Shown one piece after another: positions 23,497-32,862 of a DNA stretch of 64,000 bases. The translations under genes and the position numbers were made by a program. Below the pieces are notes generated by a model. It worked only from the letters and a program-made list of their open reading frames with translations. It had not been told where the DNA came from and searched no databases. This DNA is from Sumerlaeia bacterium (GTDB taxonomy: Bacteria > Sumerlaeota > Sumerlaeia > SLMS01 > JAHLLQ01). The DNA is taken from positions 58,059 through 122,058 of the forward strand of contig JAVJSW010000065.1 of assembly GCA_040219255.1 (NCBI GenBank). The letters are read 5' to 3'. Every line of letters starts with the position of its first letter. The first letter of the stretch is position 1.

Positions 23497-25532
23497 GTCT
23501 TCGCGCCCACTTGCTGGCGATGCTGGGGCTGGCTGTGCTCTGGTCCGCAAACCTGGGCTGGGCTGGGTGGTCGCCGGGGCTGTTCAATATCGACGAGCTG
23601 CACTATGTCCTGGCGGCTCAACGCTTCGCCGAAAACCAGAACTTCGAGGTCGCTAACGGGTTCGCCTCCTTTCGCGACAGCCTGCTCCTCTTCATGCACC
23701 CGCTGAGACTGAGGGCCTTGCCGGAACAGGACGTCATGACCACTTTCATCCCGCCCCTGTGGACGTTTCCCGCGGCGGTGGCGTGGAGCGTCGCCGGGGC
23801 GGCGGGGATCAAGGTTTTCAACCTGCTCTGCTACGTCGTTGCGCTCATGGGCATCGGGTGGCTCGGCGGCCGGCTGGCGAGCGACCACGACGGCTCCTCC
23901 CCCGCGGACGCCTCGTGGTCCCCGCGGGCGGGCTGGATCGCGCTGGCCTTCGCCGCCGGAGGCACCTACTTCGCCGAGTACGCCGTGTCCGCCAATAGCC
24001 ATATGCTGACCCTGGCTTTGGTACTGGGGGCGCTGGCGGCGCATCCCTTGATGCTCAGCCGAAACCCCTCCGCCGCAGCGCCCGCCCTCCTCCTGGGCGG
24101 AGCCTTCCTCTGCGGTCTGCTGATCGGGTGCGCCGTGGGCGTGCGGCTGCAGAGCATCGTCCCAGCGGCGGCCCTCGGAGCCGGCATGCTGCTTCTCCCC
24201 CGCCGGGCCGTTTCCGCGGCGCTTGCGTATCTGGGCGGCCTGGCGGGTCCGATGGCCTTGACCAGCGCCATAAACGCCCATCGCTTCGGCATCGCAAATC
24301 CGTTCACCTATGGCATACCGGTTCAGCGCCGGCTCCAGATGTTCCTCGACCCCATCGAGCGCCACCCCGCCCTCGCCTTCCTCGTCATCGCGCTCGCCAT
24401 CGCCGGGGCCCTCGCCGCTTATCGCTGGGCCGCCGGGTGTTGGATGACAGTCGAGCCCACGCGGCGCCAGCGCCTGACCCTCGGCGCGCTGTGGGCGGCG
24501 CTTGGTTTGTTGCTGGCGCTGGCTTTCCTGACGCCGCTGCGAGGGAATTTCGCCGAGCGCGTCACCGGCCTACTCCTCTTTGGAAACCCCAACGACTATT
24601 GGCGCGGACTCGACCCGATTGCCATGGTCTGGACAGGCTTTCGCTCGGCCCTCTTGCCCACGGCGCCCGTGCTGGTGCTCGGTCTGCTGGCACCGCTGCT
24701 CCTGCCCGCCGAAGCCGCCGCCGATCCGCGCCGCCTGCTGCTGATCGGCCTCGCGTGGTCCAGTGCCCTTTTCGTCTGTCTGCTCAAGAACAACGGCGGG
24801 TTCTTTATGAACCAGCGCTACCTGATCGAGGCCGCCGTGTTCGCGCTGCTGCTCTCGGTGGATCTCATCGCCCGCTGGAGCCCCCGACTCCCGCGCGGCT
24901 CCCTTCTGGCGGGGGCCGGTCTTGCGGTGGCGCTCGTGGGCGGGGTGATCTCGCTCGGCACCCCGGGCCTTGTGGTGGCCTTGCCCCTGGAACAGGGCGT
25001 CTCGTTCTGGGCCTTGCCCGACTTCTGGTTCAGCCGCGTCGTGCCGATTCTGCTGGCTCTCGGGCTGCTCGTTTCGGGGCTCGCCCTGCGGTGGAGCCGT
25101 GGCGCCCCGCCCGCCCCCGCGCGCTGGGTCTTCGGCCTTTGCCTCGTGCCGTGCGCGCTCCTGCCGTTTGTGCTGCATGCCTGGTACCATTGGGTTTTCA
25201 CCCACGAATATCGCGAGACCAACTGGGCCGGCACCCAAGCCATGGCCCCCCACATCCCCGACGGCAGCCTGATCCTCGTTTCGGGCCGCGAGCGCGAAAT
25301 CGCCGGCTACCTCAAACTCGACCGCGACGTCTGGATCGCCGACACCCAACGGGCCCCCGCCGCCGACACCCAGCGCGTCTTCCGGGACATCCTCGCCTCG
25401 GGCCAACGCCCCCACATCTACGCCACCCTCACCGCCCTCGGGGCCTTCGAAGGCCAGCCCTACGAATGGCGCCTGGTGGTGGATGGGCCGGTCCGGGTCG
25501 CGGAGTTGGTGGGGGCTGGGGTCGAAGACTGA
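23493..25532 (+). CDS. Polytopic membrane protein, probable GT-C fold (ArnT/PMT-like) glycosyltransferase
   Basis: Many hydrophobic helices; acidic NIDELHY after TM1; QRYL motif; ATGA overlap with the GT2 stop codon. Confidence 0.65.
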   Translation: MSLRAHLLAMLGLAVLWSANLGWAGWSPGLFNIDELHYVLAAQRFAENQNFEVANGFASFRDSLLLFMHPLRLRALPEQDVMTTFIPPLWTFPAAVAWSVAGAAGIKVFNLLCYVVALMGIGWLGGRLASDHDGSSPADASWSPRAGWIALAFAAGGTYFAEYAVSANSHMLTLALVLGALAAHPLMLSRNPSAAAPALLLGGAFLCGLLIGCAVGVRLQSIVPAAALGAGMLLLPRRAVSAALAYLGGLAGPMALTSAINAHRFGIANPFTYGIPVQRRLQMFLDPIERHPALAFLVIALAIAGALAAYRWAAGCWMTVEPTRRQRLTLGALWAALGLLLALAFLTPLRGNFAERVTGLLLFGNPNDYWRGLDPIAMVWTGFRSALLPTAPVLVLGLLAPLLLPAEAAADPRRLLLIGLAWSSALFVCLLKNNGGFFMNQRYLIEAAVFALLLSVDLIARWSPRLPRGSLLAGAGLAVALVGGVISLGTPGLVVALPLEQGVSFWALPDFWFSRVVPILLALGLLVSGLALRWSRGAPPAPARWVFGLCLVPCALLPFVLHAWYHWVFTHEYRETNWAGTQAMAPHIPDGSLILVSGREREIAGYLKLDRDVWIADTQRAPAADTQRVFRDILASGQRPHIYATLTALGAFEGQPYEWRLVVDGPVRVAELVGAGVED

Positions 25533-25596
25533 GTTTGACTTCCGGCTTCTCTTGCTGAAGATATGCGATCATAATTTTCGACTCGCTGATCGACCC

Positions 25597-25887
25597 ATGC
25601 CCCTCACCCTCACCGACCCCGAAGCCAACCGCCTCGCTCAAGAACTCGCCGAACTGACCGGTCTCTCCCCCGCCGAGGCCGTGACCGAAGCCATGCGCCG
25701 CGCGGTCGAGGAGCAGAAGCGCTTGAAGAAACGCGAGGGGATGGCGAAGGAACTACTCGCGATCGGAGAAGAGTGCGCTCGTTACTTGGACAGGGGACTG
25801 ACTTCGGTGAATATGAGCGATGAGTTGTTTGATGAGGAGGGGTTGCCTCATAAGTCCCTAGTTCACAAACTCAACAAGACCCTTTAA
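25597..25887 (+). CDS. VapB-like antitoxin (Rv0623/PSK transcription-factor type)
   Basis: MPLTLTDPEANRLAQELAELTG...EAVTEAMRRA...ELLAIGEECA...DELFDEEGLP matches the family pattern, including the usually terminal D..GLP. Confidence 0.8.
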   Translation: MPLTLTDPEANRLAQELAELTGLSPAEAVTEAMRRAVEEQKRLKKREGMAKELLAIGEECARYLDRGLTSVNMSDELFDEEGLPHKSLVHKLNKTL

Positions 25888-25898
25888 CGGAGCAATTG

Positions 25899-27731
25899 AT
25901 GAAAGATCAAGCCTTGTCAGCCAACGAGAAGACCCAGCCACCAAGCACTGAAGCGGAGAAGGATGAGAACTATTTTCACAGCATAATACGACGTATTAGT
26001 AATTTGATTCTTCTTGAAAATACTGGAATGTTCAGTATATCCGGCTCTTGGGGAATAGGCAAAACACATTTTCTAAGGGAACGGCTCATCGAAGAAGTCT
26101 CCAAGCGTGCGCCGAATCGTGCCGTATTTTATACAGATGTACATGGCGTGCGATCTGTGACGGAACTTCAACAGAAGATTCTTTTAGGAAAGACTCATTC
26201 ACCGCAAGAAAGTATGGTCCCAGCTTTTGAAAAGGGACTCAAGAAGCTTATCGGAATTGCAACCCATGAAGACATCCAATTAGCTCTGAAAGACATCAAC
26301 TACCTCAGCCTGCTGCCTAGTGCTTCGTTTTACTTGGCACAGCGAAAGCTCATAGGCAAGGCGATTGTAATTATTGACGAAGTTGAGCGAAAAAACTCAG
26401 CCCTCAGTTTAGAGGTCATTGTCAACTTCCTGGAAGCCCTCTGCGCGGAAAATGGCTGCTTTATTGTTCTTACGCTGAACCACGATAAATTGCAAGAGCC
26501 GGACGAGAAGTTTTACAAGAAGGCATATGAAAAGTATTTTTTAGACGGCATGCTCTTCGATCCCTCGGTTGCTGATTTGTTCGCGGATTACAAAAAGGAG
26601 GCAAGATGGGAGGGGAAGGAGGCAGAAATCGCGCAGAGAGCATTTAGCATATTCAACTGTAAAAATATTCGGATTCTTCAAAGATATCGAAGAGTTTGCA
26701 ACCACCTGAGAAACAGCTTGCCCACGACTGACACAGATAGCTCGAATGATGTATTGTTTCATGCAGCAGTGGGCACTCTAGTTCGACATCACCTTACAGT
26801 AACCAATACGGCGGAGTATTCGAGTTTCTATCAAAACAAATACTTAATTAGAAGGTATTCTCAGAAGTCCAATAATGAGAGCTGCGACATCCCATTCAAT
26901 GAAATTAAAGAATTACTTGTGTCTGTCCCATACATTGAGATGTCGTATGACAACTGGTTGAACTCATACCTCGACGGACAGAATGTATTGCTGAGCGATT
27001 TCGAAAAGACCCTTGACTTTTTTGCCGAAGATATACTGCGTTCTAATGTAAACGCAGAGCTCACTAAAGCCCTAGAGAGATATAATTTCAATTTTCTGAC
27101 GACCAGGATCGAGGTCCAGGATTTATTGCTCCGCGCATTAGAGGAACGCTTTGATCTCCTGTCCCTAGATACTTTGTTGAACGCACTTGAGTTTCTTGAG
27201 AAGGAGTGTAATAGTCAGGCCAAGCCGGAGCTCATCAGGGAAAAGGTTCGACAAATGAAATTGAGCGTTATCGAGCTCCGCATGCTTAAATCACAATTTA
27301 GCTTTCCACGTCGCTTTTGTAACGATGAATTGCATCTAATCATAGACGAAATGCTAAAGACCGGACTCCGCGACTTGTACCCTAACCCCTGGACTGTAAT
27401 TGTTGAATGCGCTGAGGGAAGTATCAGCATAGAAGACAGCTTATTTATTCTAAGTGAACATGGGATAGATCGCATAGCCGACGCCTTTAAAAACTCTGAC
27501 AAAAATACTAAGTTAAATATTTATCTTAGTAGCATTGCCGAATCCATAGGCATTTCGAATAATGAGCAAGTTAATGTTGATTTGAGAAGTCTTCTGTATG
27601 AAGCACTGCTTTTGGTAAAGTCTAAGCACCATTCGTTGGACGAACGCTTCGAACATATATTACACTTGTTCACCCCACCTCCCCCTCCATCCGATCCAGC
27701 TCCTCCAACGCCGCCTCCGGATCCACAATAA
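25899..27731 (+). CDS. KAP-family P-loop NTPase, low GC
   Basis: Walker A ISGSWGIGKTHF (26043-26066), Walker B IVIIDEVER, YEKYF and NIRIL motifs; lines 26821 and 27481 each have 18/60 G+C by hand count. Confidence 0.8.
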   Translation: MKDQALSANEKTQPPSTEAEKDENYFHSIIRRISNLILLENTGMFSISGSWGIGKTHFLRERLIEEVSKRAPNRAVFYTDVHGVRSVTELQQKILLGKTHSPQESMVPAFEKGLKKLIGIATHEDIQLALKDINYLSLLPSASFYLAQRKLIGKAIVIIDEVERKNSALSLEVIVNFLEALCAENGCFIVLTLNHDKLQEPDEKFYKKAYEKYFLDGMLFDPSVADLFADYKKEARWEGKEAEIAQRAFSIFNCKNIRILQRYRRVCNHLRNSLPTTDTDSSNDVLFHAAVGTLVRHHLTVTNTAEYSSFYQNKYLIRRYSQKSNNESCDIPFNEIKELLVSVPYIEMSYDNWLNSYLDGQNVLLSDFEKTLDFFAEDILRSNVNAELTKALERYNFNFLTTRIEVQDLLLRALEERFDLLSLDTLLNALEFLEKECNSQAKPELIREKVRQMKLSVIELRMLKSQFSFPRRFCNDELHLIIDEMLKTGLRDLYPNPWTVIVECAEGSISIEDSLFILSEHGIDRIADAFKNSDKNTKLNIYLSSIAESIGISNNEQVNVDLRSLLYEALLLVKSKHHSLDERFEHILHLFTPPPPPSDPAPPTPPPDPQ

Positions 27732-30700
27732 GGTCCCTCGGCTTGCTCCCCTGGAACGGCCCGACGACGCCCATTTCTTCCAGCATATCCATCAACCGCC
27801 CGGCCCGCGCGAAGCCGACTTTGAGGCGGCGTTGGATCAGCGAGACGCTCGCTTTGCGGTTTTCCAGGATCAGGCGCGCCGCCGCCCGCACCAGGGCTTC
27901 GTCGATTTCGTCGTCGCCGGCCCGGGCGCTGCCGCCTTCGTGGGGGGTGAACATGCCTTCCACCACTTTGCCCATCGTGTGATTCGTGCCGCGCACCACG
28001 CGGTCCTGCGCTTCCAGGTCCTCCATGCTGCTGACCTCGGTGCCCATCATTTTCGCCAGCTCCTTCATTTCCTTTTCGGACAGCTTGGGCTCGAATTCAT
28101 CGATGTCGTAGGCCGCGCCCATTTGCGCCCGGCAGTGGTCCGCGATGCGTTCCACTTCGTCGTCGCTGAGGAACGCGCCCTGGACGCGGATCGGTTTGCC
28201 GGCGCCGCCTGGGGCGAAGAGCATGTCGCCCCGGCCCAGCAGATTCTCCGCGCCGTTTCCGTCGAGAATCGTCCGGCTGTCCACCTTCTGGCTCACCTGG
28301 AACGCGATGCGGCTCGGGAAGTTGGCTTTGATGATGCCCGTGATGACGTTGACCGACGGGCGTTGCGTCGCCAGGATCAGGTGAATGCCGACGGCGCGGG
28401 CCATCTGGGCGAGGCGTTGGATGCTTTCCTCGACCTCGGCCTTCGCCACCAGCATCAGGTCCGCCAGCTCGTCCACGATCACGACCATGTAGGGCATGGG
28501 CTCGACGAGGCCTTTGCCGCGCAGTTTGTGCGCGTGCTTGTCTGGATTCTCGGCGATTTCGTTGAAGCCCGCGATGTTTCGCACGCCGTAATCGACCAGC
28601 TTTTGATAACGCTGTTCCATTTGCTCGACGGCCCAATCCAGCGCCGAGGCGGCGGACTTCGGCTCGCACACCACCGGCGCGATCAGATGCGGGATGTCCT
28701 GATAGACGGACAGTTCGACGCGCTTCGGATCGACCATGATAAGCCGAACCTTGTCCGGCGAAAACCGATACAGCAGCGAGCAGATGATCGTGTTCAGGCA
28801 GACCGACTTGCCCGCGCCGGTGGCGCCCGCGATCAGCAGGTGGGGAGCCTTGGCCAAATCCGCCACGTAGGGCTGGCCGTCGATGGTCTTGCCCAGTGCG
28901 ATCGGCAGGAAGCCGTCGGCGTCGGTAAAGCTCTCGTGATTCAGCAGTTCCTTCAGATAAACGCCCTGGCGCTTTTTATTGGGCAGTTCGATGCCGACGG
29001 CCGCCTTGCCCGGAATGGGGGCCAGGATGCGCACGCTCAGGGCCCGCATATTCATGGCGATGTCTTGTTCCAGGCCGCTGATCTTGCTGACTTTGATGCC
29101 GGGTGCCGGTTTGAATTCGAAGCGCGTGACGACGGGGCCTTGCTTGACCTCGACGACGCGGCCCTGAACGCCGAAGTTCTCCAGTGTTTCCGTCAGACAC
29201 TGGCTCATCTCGATGATTTCTTCGCGCGTCATGCGCGCGTCCACCACCGGCGGATCGGCCAGCAGCGTCACATCCGGTAGGATATACCCGGCGGAACGCT
29301 CGATCAACGAAGGCTCGAACTCGGGATGAACGGCGCCTTCCGGCCCGTGGGGGCGGGTGTCGGCTTCCGGATGGAAGAGGGGGTCGCTCTCCTCGGCGTC
29401 ATCGGCCAGGTCCTCGGGATCGACGCCCGTGCCAATGCGGCGGAACGCGCGGGCTTCGCTGGCGTTTAGGAAATCCTCATGGGTCTCGGCAGCCGCGTCC
29501 CAGGGCGGTGTGTCTTCGGCGGCTTCCGCGTCGGGTGCGGCGCCCGGCGCTTCACCTTCATCGGCCTCTTTGCCGACGCGTTGGCCGTCGTCCTTCCAGC
29601 GGGTCGGAAACAGACGCGCCAGCCCAGCGCCGAGCTTGGCTTTCGGGGCGGCCGTTGCGGCGGGCTGCAGCGGACCGGAGCAATCCGTGAACTTGATTTC
29701 GAGGTCGTCGTCCGGGGCGTCGGCCTCCGCGGTTTCCTCTTCCGCGTCTTCCTCGTCCTCTTCGTCCAGACCGATAATCACCGGCTCGTCGAATTCCGGA
29801 TCATCGTCCTCCACATTCGTATCGACGTCTGCGGTGTCCTCCTCCTCGTCCAGCTTCGGCACGTAAGTGCTGGAAGTGCCGAGAAGCATGGCGAGGCGTT
29901 CTTCCTCCTCCTGCTCCTCGAGGGCGCGGGCGGCGGCGAGGACGTCCTGGTCCAGGTCGTCCCAGGAATCGTCCTCGGCGGCGCCGGCGATTTCTTCGGG
30001 CAGGAGGGTGCTCCGCGATTCGTCCGGGCCGGGTTTGCTTCCAAAAATTTTCGCAAGAAGTCCGCGTCTGGGGGTGTCCTCGTCCTCTTCGCCGGAGTCG
30101 TTGTCGCGCGGCTCTTCTCCCCTGCTGCATGCCTTCGGCTCGGGCTCCAAAGCTACCGAGTCGGACGACTCCTCCCACTCCGCTTCCTCAGTCTCGGGCC
30201 CTGCGAGTTTGCGCGCCAGATTGCCAAACCCGACCTGCGTGGTGAAAATTAGCCCCAGCAGCACCATCCCGGACAGGATCATTCCGGCGCCGATTTCTCC
30301 AAATTGCCCCACGAGCCGCAGTCCCTCCCACTCGACCAGAAAGCAGCCGAGGGCACCGGCGCGCTCGAAGGTCAGCGTCCGCATTTCCGGCTGATCCGCC
30401 CCCGGCAGGGCGATCAGCCCGGCGCAACCCATCACGAAAAAAACGAACGCCACGAGCCGGATTTCGCACCACCGCAGCCGCATCCCGACAATCAACGCCA
30501 CGCCGAACAGAAGCATGACAGACGGCAGCAGGAAGGCCATATAGTTGCCCAACAGGAATCGCAAGCCCTGACTGACGGCCTGGCCTATGGAGCCGATCCA
30601 GACCAATCCATCGTAGGAATACCAGAAGGCCTGGCTGATGATCAGGCTGGCCAGAAGAAAGAGCGCGGCGATGCTGATCATCAGGCCCAGGGCCTCGCGC

Positions 30701-30777
30701 GTCAAATCGCCGTAGCGGGTGGCGGAACCGCCCCGGGGCAGAAAGGAAGGCGTTTCGGAGGAAGCTTTGGAGGTCAT
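27670..30777 (-). CDS. ftsK: DNA translocase FtsK/SpoIIIE
   Basis: N-terminal 4-TM domain, acidic linker, GPVVTRFE, PHLLIAGATGAGKS, VDPKRVEL, VDELADLM, GIHLILATQRPSV, and gamma domain SVSLIQRRLKVGFARAGRLMD. Start uncertain (30777 vs 30831). Confidence 0.97.
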   Translation of the reverse strand: MTSKASSETPSFLPRGGSATRYGDLTREALGLMISIAALFLLASLIISQAFWYSYDGLVWIGSIGQAVSQGLRFLLGNYMAFLLPSVMLLFGVALIVGMRLRWCEIRLVAFVFFVMGCAGLIALPGADQPEMRTLTFERAGALGCFLVEWEGLRLVGQFGEIGAGMILSGMVLLGLIFTTQVGFGNLARKLAGPETEEAEWEESSDSVALEPEPKACSRGEEPRDNDSGEEDEDTPRRGLLAKIFGSKPGPDESRSTLLPEEIAGAAEDDSWDDLDQDVLAAARALEEQEEEERLAMLLGTSSTYVPKLDEEEDTADVDTNVEDDDPEFDEPVIIGLDEEDEEDAEEETAEADAPDDDLEIKFTDCSGPLQPAATAAPKAKLGAGLARLFPTRWKDDGQRVGKEADEGEAPGAAPDAEAAEDTPPWDAAAETHEDFLNASEARAFRRIGTGVDPEDLADDAEESDPLFHPEADTRPHGPEGAVHPEFEPSLIERSAGYILPDVTLLADPPVVDARMTREEIIEMSQCLTETLENFGVQGRVVEVKQGPVVTRFEFKPAPGIKVSKISGLEQDIAMNMRALSVRILAPIPGKAAVGIELPNKKRQGVYLKELLNHESFTDADGFLPIALGKTIDGQPYVADLAKAPHLLIAGATGAGKSVCLNTIICSLLYRFSPDKVRLIMVDPKRVELSVYQDIPHLIAPVVCEPKSAASALDWAVEQMEQRYQKLVDYGVRNIAGFNEIAENPDKHAHKLRGKGLVEPMPYMVVIVDELADLMLVAKAEVEESIQRLAQMARAVGIHLILATQRPSVNVITGIIKANFPSRIAFQVSQKVDSRTILDGNGAENLLGRGDMLFAPGGAGKPIRVQGAFLSDDEVERIADHCRAQMGAAYDIDEFEPKLSEKEMKELAKMMGTEVSSMEDLEAQDRVVRGTNHTMGKVVEGMFTPHEGGSARAGDDEIDEALVRAAARLILENRKASVSLIQRRLKVGFARAGRLMDMLEEMGVVGPFQGSKPRDLIVDPEAALEELDRMEGEVG

Positions 30778-31127
30778 GCGAACCCGTTCCGGAAGGATAT
30801 TCAGCCAGGGTGGTGGCGCGGAAGGAAGCACCGCATCAAGAATTTTCGGCCACGGAACCGGGGGAAAAACGCTTCTCCAACGATCTTGTCATAGGGGCCG
30901 ACAATGGCCTTGTGTCATGATGGCTGGCGGCGGAACGTCGCGCGGGAACGGCAGATGGCTGACAAAACCCTTGCGGCGCTTGGGTCTGCTCAGGTCATAG
31001 GGAGCAGCTTTGCGGTCGTCGGCAAGAAACCTGCTTCCCCGTAAAAACGAATTTGCCGATTTCGCTGTTTTACCCCGCACCAGAACAGCTTGCTCGTAAA
31101 AACCAAGGACGTGATTGAGGGTCTACC

Positions 31128-32462
31128 ATGCCGAATTCGAACGAACAGATCTTAGCCAACGGTCATTCCCCGTCGTGCTCTCCCGCAGAGCGGAACGGGC
31201 ATGCCGGCGGCTCCGGTTCGAACGGCAACGGCCACGCTCCGGCCACCTTGGCGGAACCGGCGGCCGCCACCGCACCGATTTTCCAAAAAGCCGTTCGCTT
31301 CACCAAGGCCGACGAAATGCGCGAGGCGGGCCTCTACCCCTACTTTCGCCGCATCGACAGCGCCCAGGACACCGTCGTCACCATCGATGGCAAGCCGATG
31401 CTCATGCTCGGCTCGAACTCCTACATGGGACTTACCAACGACCCCCGCATCAAGGAAGCGTCCAAAGCCGCCCTGGAAAAATACGGCAGCGGTTGCGCCG
31501 GCTCGCGCTTCCTCAACGGCACCCTCGACATTCACTGCCAACTCGAAGAAGAACTCGCCGATTTCGTCGGCAAGGACTCCGCCCTCGCCTTCACCACCGG
31601 CTTCCAGGCCAACCTGGGCGCCATCAGCGCCCTCGTCGGCAAGGACGACGTCGTCTTCATCGACCGCGCCGATCACGCCTCGATCATGGACGGCTGCCGC
31701 CTCGGCTTTGGTAAAATCCAGCGCTTCCCCCACAACGACATGGCGCGCCTCGAGCGCATGCTGGCCGCCTGCGACGCCGACGGCAAATTGATCGTCGTCG
31801 ATGGCGTCTATTCCATGGAGGGCGACCTGGCCGATCTCCCCGCCCTGGTGGACCTTTGCCACCGCTACAAGGCAGGCCTGATCGTGGACGATGCCCACGG
31901 CATCGGCGTCATGGGCGACATGGGCCGGGGCACGGCGAACCACTTCGGACTCGAAGCGCAAACCGATCTCGTCCTCGGCACCTTCTCAAAGTCCCTCGCC
32001 TCCATCGGCGGCTTCGTCGCCGGCAGCAAGGAAGTCATCAACTACCTCAAGCATCACGCCCGCGCCCTGATTTTCTCCGCCAGCATGGCCCCCGCCTGCG
32101 TCGCCGCCGCCCGCAAGGCCCTGGAAATCATCAAGTCCGAGCCCGAGCGCCACGAAGCCATGTGGCGCAACACCCGCATCATGATGGATGGCCTGAACCA
32201 CGCCGGATTCGACACCGGACACACACAGACCCCCATCATCCCCGTGGCCACGGGAGATATGATGACCTGCTTCCGGTTCTGGCGGGCGCTCCACGACGCC
32301 GGGATCTTCGTCAATCCGGTCGTGCCCCCGGCCACCGCCCCCAACCAGACACTCCTGCGCGTCAGCGTCATGGCCAGCCACACTCCCGAGCAACTCCATC
32401 AGGCCCTCGAAGTGATGGAACGCATCGGCCGCGAAGTCGGCCTCCTTCAGGCCGCCGCCTAA
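31128..32462 (+). CDS. PLP-dependent alpha-oxoamine synthase, most like bacterial serine palmitoyltransferase
   Basis: [72 protein letters not shown]; GAGG upstream of the ATG. Confidence 0.8.
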   Translation: MPNSNEQILANGHSPSCSPAERNGHAGGSGSNGNGHAPATLAEPAAATAPIFQKAVRFTKADEMREAGLYPYFRRIDSAQDTVVTIDGKPMLMLGSNSYMGLTNDPRIKEASKAALEKYGSGCAGSRFLNGTLDIHCQLEEELADFVGKDSALAFTTGFQANLGAISALVGKDDVVFIDRADHASIMDGCRLGFGKIQRFPHNDMARLERMLAACDADGKLIVVDGVYSMEGDLADLPALVDLCHRYKAGLIVDDAHGIGVMGDMGRGTANHFGLEAQTDLVLGTFSKSLASIGGFVAGSKEVINYLKHHARALIFSASMAPACVAAARKALEIIKSEPERHEAMWRNTRIMMDGLNHAGFDTGHTQTPIIPVATGDMMTCFRFWRALHDAGIFVNPVVPPATAPNQTLLRVSVMASHTPEQLHQALEVMERIGREVGLLQAAA

Positions 32463-32495
32463 GTCGATTTTCCCCTGATCGACCTCACTTGCGCC

Positions 32496-32523
32496 TTGAC
32501 CTGACGGCACCCCGGTGTAGCCT
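32496..32523 (+). promoter_or_regulatory. Putative sigma70 promoter of tRNA-Ser
   Basis: TTGACC-N16-TAGCCT ending 16 nt before the tRNA 5' end. Confidence 0.45.
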
Positions 32524-32539
32524 CTCATCCCTTCCGCGC

Positions 32540-32631
32540 GGTGAGGTGTCCGAGCGGTTTAAGGAGCTCGCCTCGAAAGCGAGTGTGCGCTTTATCGCGT
32601 ACCGTGGGTTCGAATCCCACCCTCACCGCCA
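32540..32631 (+). tRNA. tRNA-Ser(CGA)
   Basis: Acceptor stem GGTGAGG/CCTCACC, discriminator G plus encoded CCA, anticodon arm CTCGC-CTCGAAA-GCGAG (CGA at 32574-32576), long variable arm, T arm GTGGG-TTCGAAT-CCCAC. Confidence 0.97.
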
Positions 32632-32862
32632 CTGAATTTTTCTTCAACAAATCGCTGCGTTGCGCGATTCACCCCACCTTGGGCACGAATCCGGCTTCCC
32701 TAGGGCCATTCATGATTTGGCCCACCTGCCCGGAGTTCATCGCCTCTCTGCGCCTGCGCGCGACCCTATTCAGCCATCTGGCCGATAACTTGTCCGATCG
32801 CTCCTCCGGCTCCCACACTCTTTAGGCCGAGCCTTGAAGCATTTGATCCCGGACCCTTTGTT

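Noticed and set aside
25483-25596. N-terminal extension of the antitoxin ORF in the track
   Set aside because: Overlaps the GT-C gene; family similarity starts at ATG 25597.
32540-32862. tRNA-anchored genomic island
   Set aside because: No integrase, no duplicated tRNA 3' end noticed, and downstream genes have host-like composition.
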